From NCBI GenBank assembly GCA_052279835.1, contig CP181291.1, positions 3,680,001 to 3,744,000 of the forward strand: DNA of 64,000 nucleotides. Direction: 5' to 3'. The stretch is from Microcoleus sp. GTDB lineage: Bacteria > Cyanobacteriota > Cyanobacteriia > Cyanobacteriales > Microcoleaceae. Of the stretch, positions 63,466-64,000 are shown piece after piece; position 1 is the first letter of the stretch, and each line of letters begins with the position of its first letter. The notes under the pieces were generated by a model, which made no database searches, was not told the DNA's origin, and saw nothing but the letters and a program-made list of their open reading frames with translations. The translations under genes were made by a program, and so were the position numbers.

Positions 63466-63744
63466 ATGATTACACCTTCCAATCAACCGCTAAAAACTAA
63501 CCCTTTTAACACTTATCGCGATCCAGTTACAGGTAAGTGGACTGTGGTGCAAACTGTTCAAAATTCTAGCCAAACGGACTCAACTTATCAGCCAAAAGTG
63601 GCGGGTAAAAATGAAATCAAAGTAGAAAGGATTCCCAGTGCTTCCCCACCGGCATTGCTGAGCTCAAAAAACTTTTCTTTCCCCTTGTCTGTCGTCAAAC
63701 ACCAAGCCCAAAAATCTGCTCAACTTAAATCATTATCCCATTGA
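63466..63744 (+). CDS. Hypothetical protein
   Basis: AGGAG RBS; NPF.TYRDP.TG.W motif. Confidence 0.55.
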   Translation: MITPSNQPLKTNPFNTYRDPVTGKWTVVQTVQNSSQTDSTYQPKVAGKNEIKVERIPSASPPALLSSKNFSFPLSVVKHQAQKSAQLKSLSH

Positions 63745-64000
63745 ACAATGAATAATAATCCAAGTTTATCGGCATAAATACCTGTTTTACCAACCCAAAA
63801 AACGTTGAATTATTGCCGATATAACCGGATTTTTTCTACCTCTCTCAAAAGTATTTGCTTCAGAGCATAAATCAAAAATTAGCAGAAATTGTCAAAAAGT
63901 GATATACTGCAACATACATTCTGTAACCCCCGCTGTCTAGATAACTATTCATGAAGGATTCGCTAGATCGCTTCTTACAAGTTGTATGGAAAGACCGACC

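Noticed and set aside
63951..64000. Possible gene start MKDSLDRFLQVVWKDR
   Set aside because: Too short at the window edge to support a call.

Overview
64 kb of chromosome from a filamentous cyanobacterium, probably Oscillatoriales/Microcoleus-like. The placement is inferred from dense HIP1 GCGATCGC sites, heptamer STRRs and typical cyanobacterial genes. Housekeeping blocks include sbcD, fmt, hemW, a nirB-ntcB-cnaT-mobA nitrate-assimilation cluster with a canonical NtcA promoter, accB-efp, a cyclophilin, a cobalamin-riboswitch-led cobW operon, clpX and cynS. They alternate with accessory patches: xisHI, several toxin-antitoxin pairs, a decaying PARIS-like AAA+DUF4435 pair, four Uma2 genes, two HTH-led proteins and many MITE/REP-like repeats, some translated in frame. 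The most notable observations are four. (1) Two adjacent genes (54758-55771) share a 29-aa G/S/V-rich motif with a RHIM-like IQVG/IQIAG core, C-terminal on a membrane protein and N-terminal on a small helical protein; this is a candidate amyloid-type signalling pair without an NLR. (2) An intact IsrB/omegaRNA element appears to be inserted exactly between the RBS and the ATG of a Uma2 gene and supplies a replacement RBS. (3) Phased direct-repeat arrays sit in the promoters of both HTH-led genes, and one array is shared with a nearby protease-TPR gene. (4) Four +1 frameshifts occur, two at the identical 11-mer GCAGAAACGCT, most likely as sequencing artefacts. All family assignments are by eye from motifs; no database searches were run.
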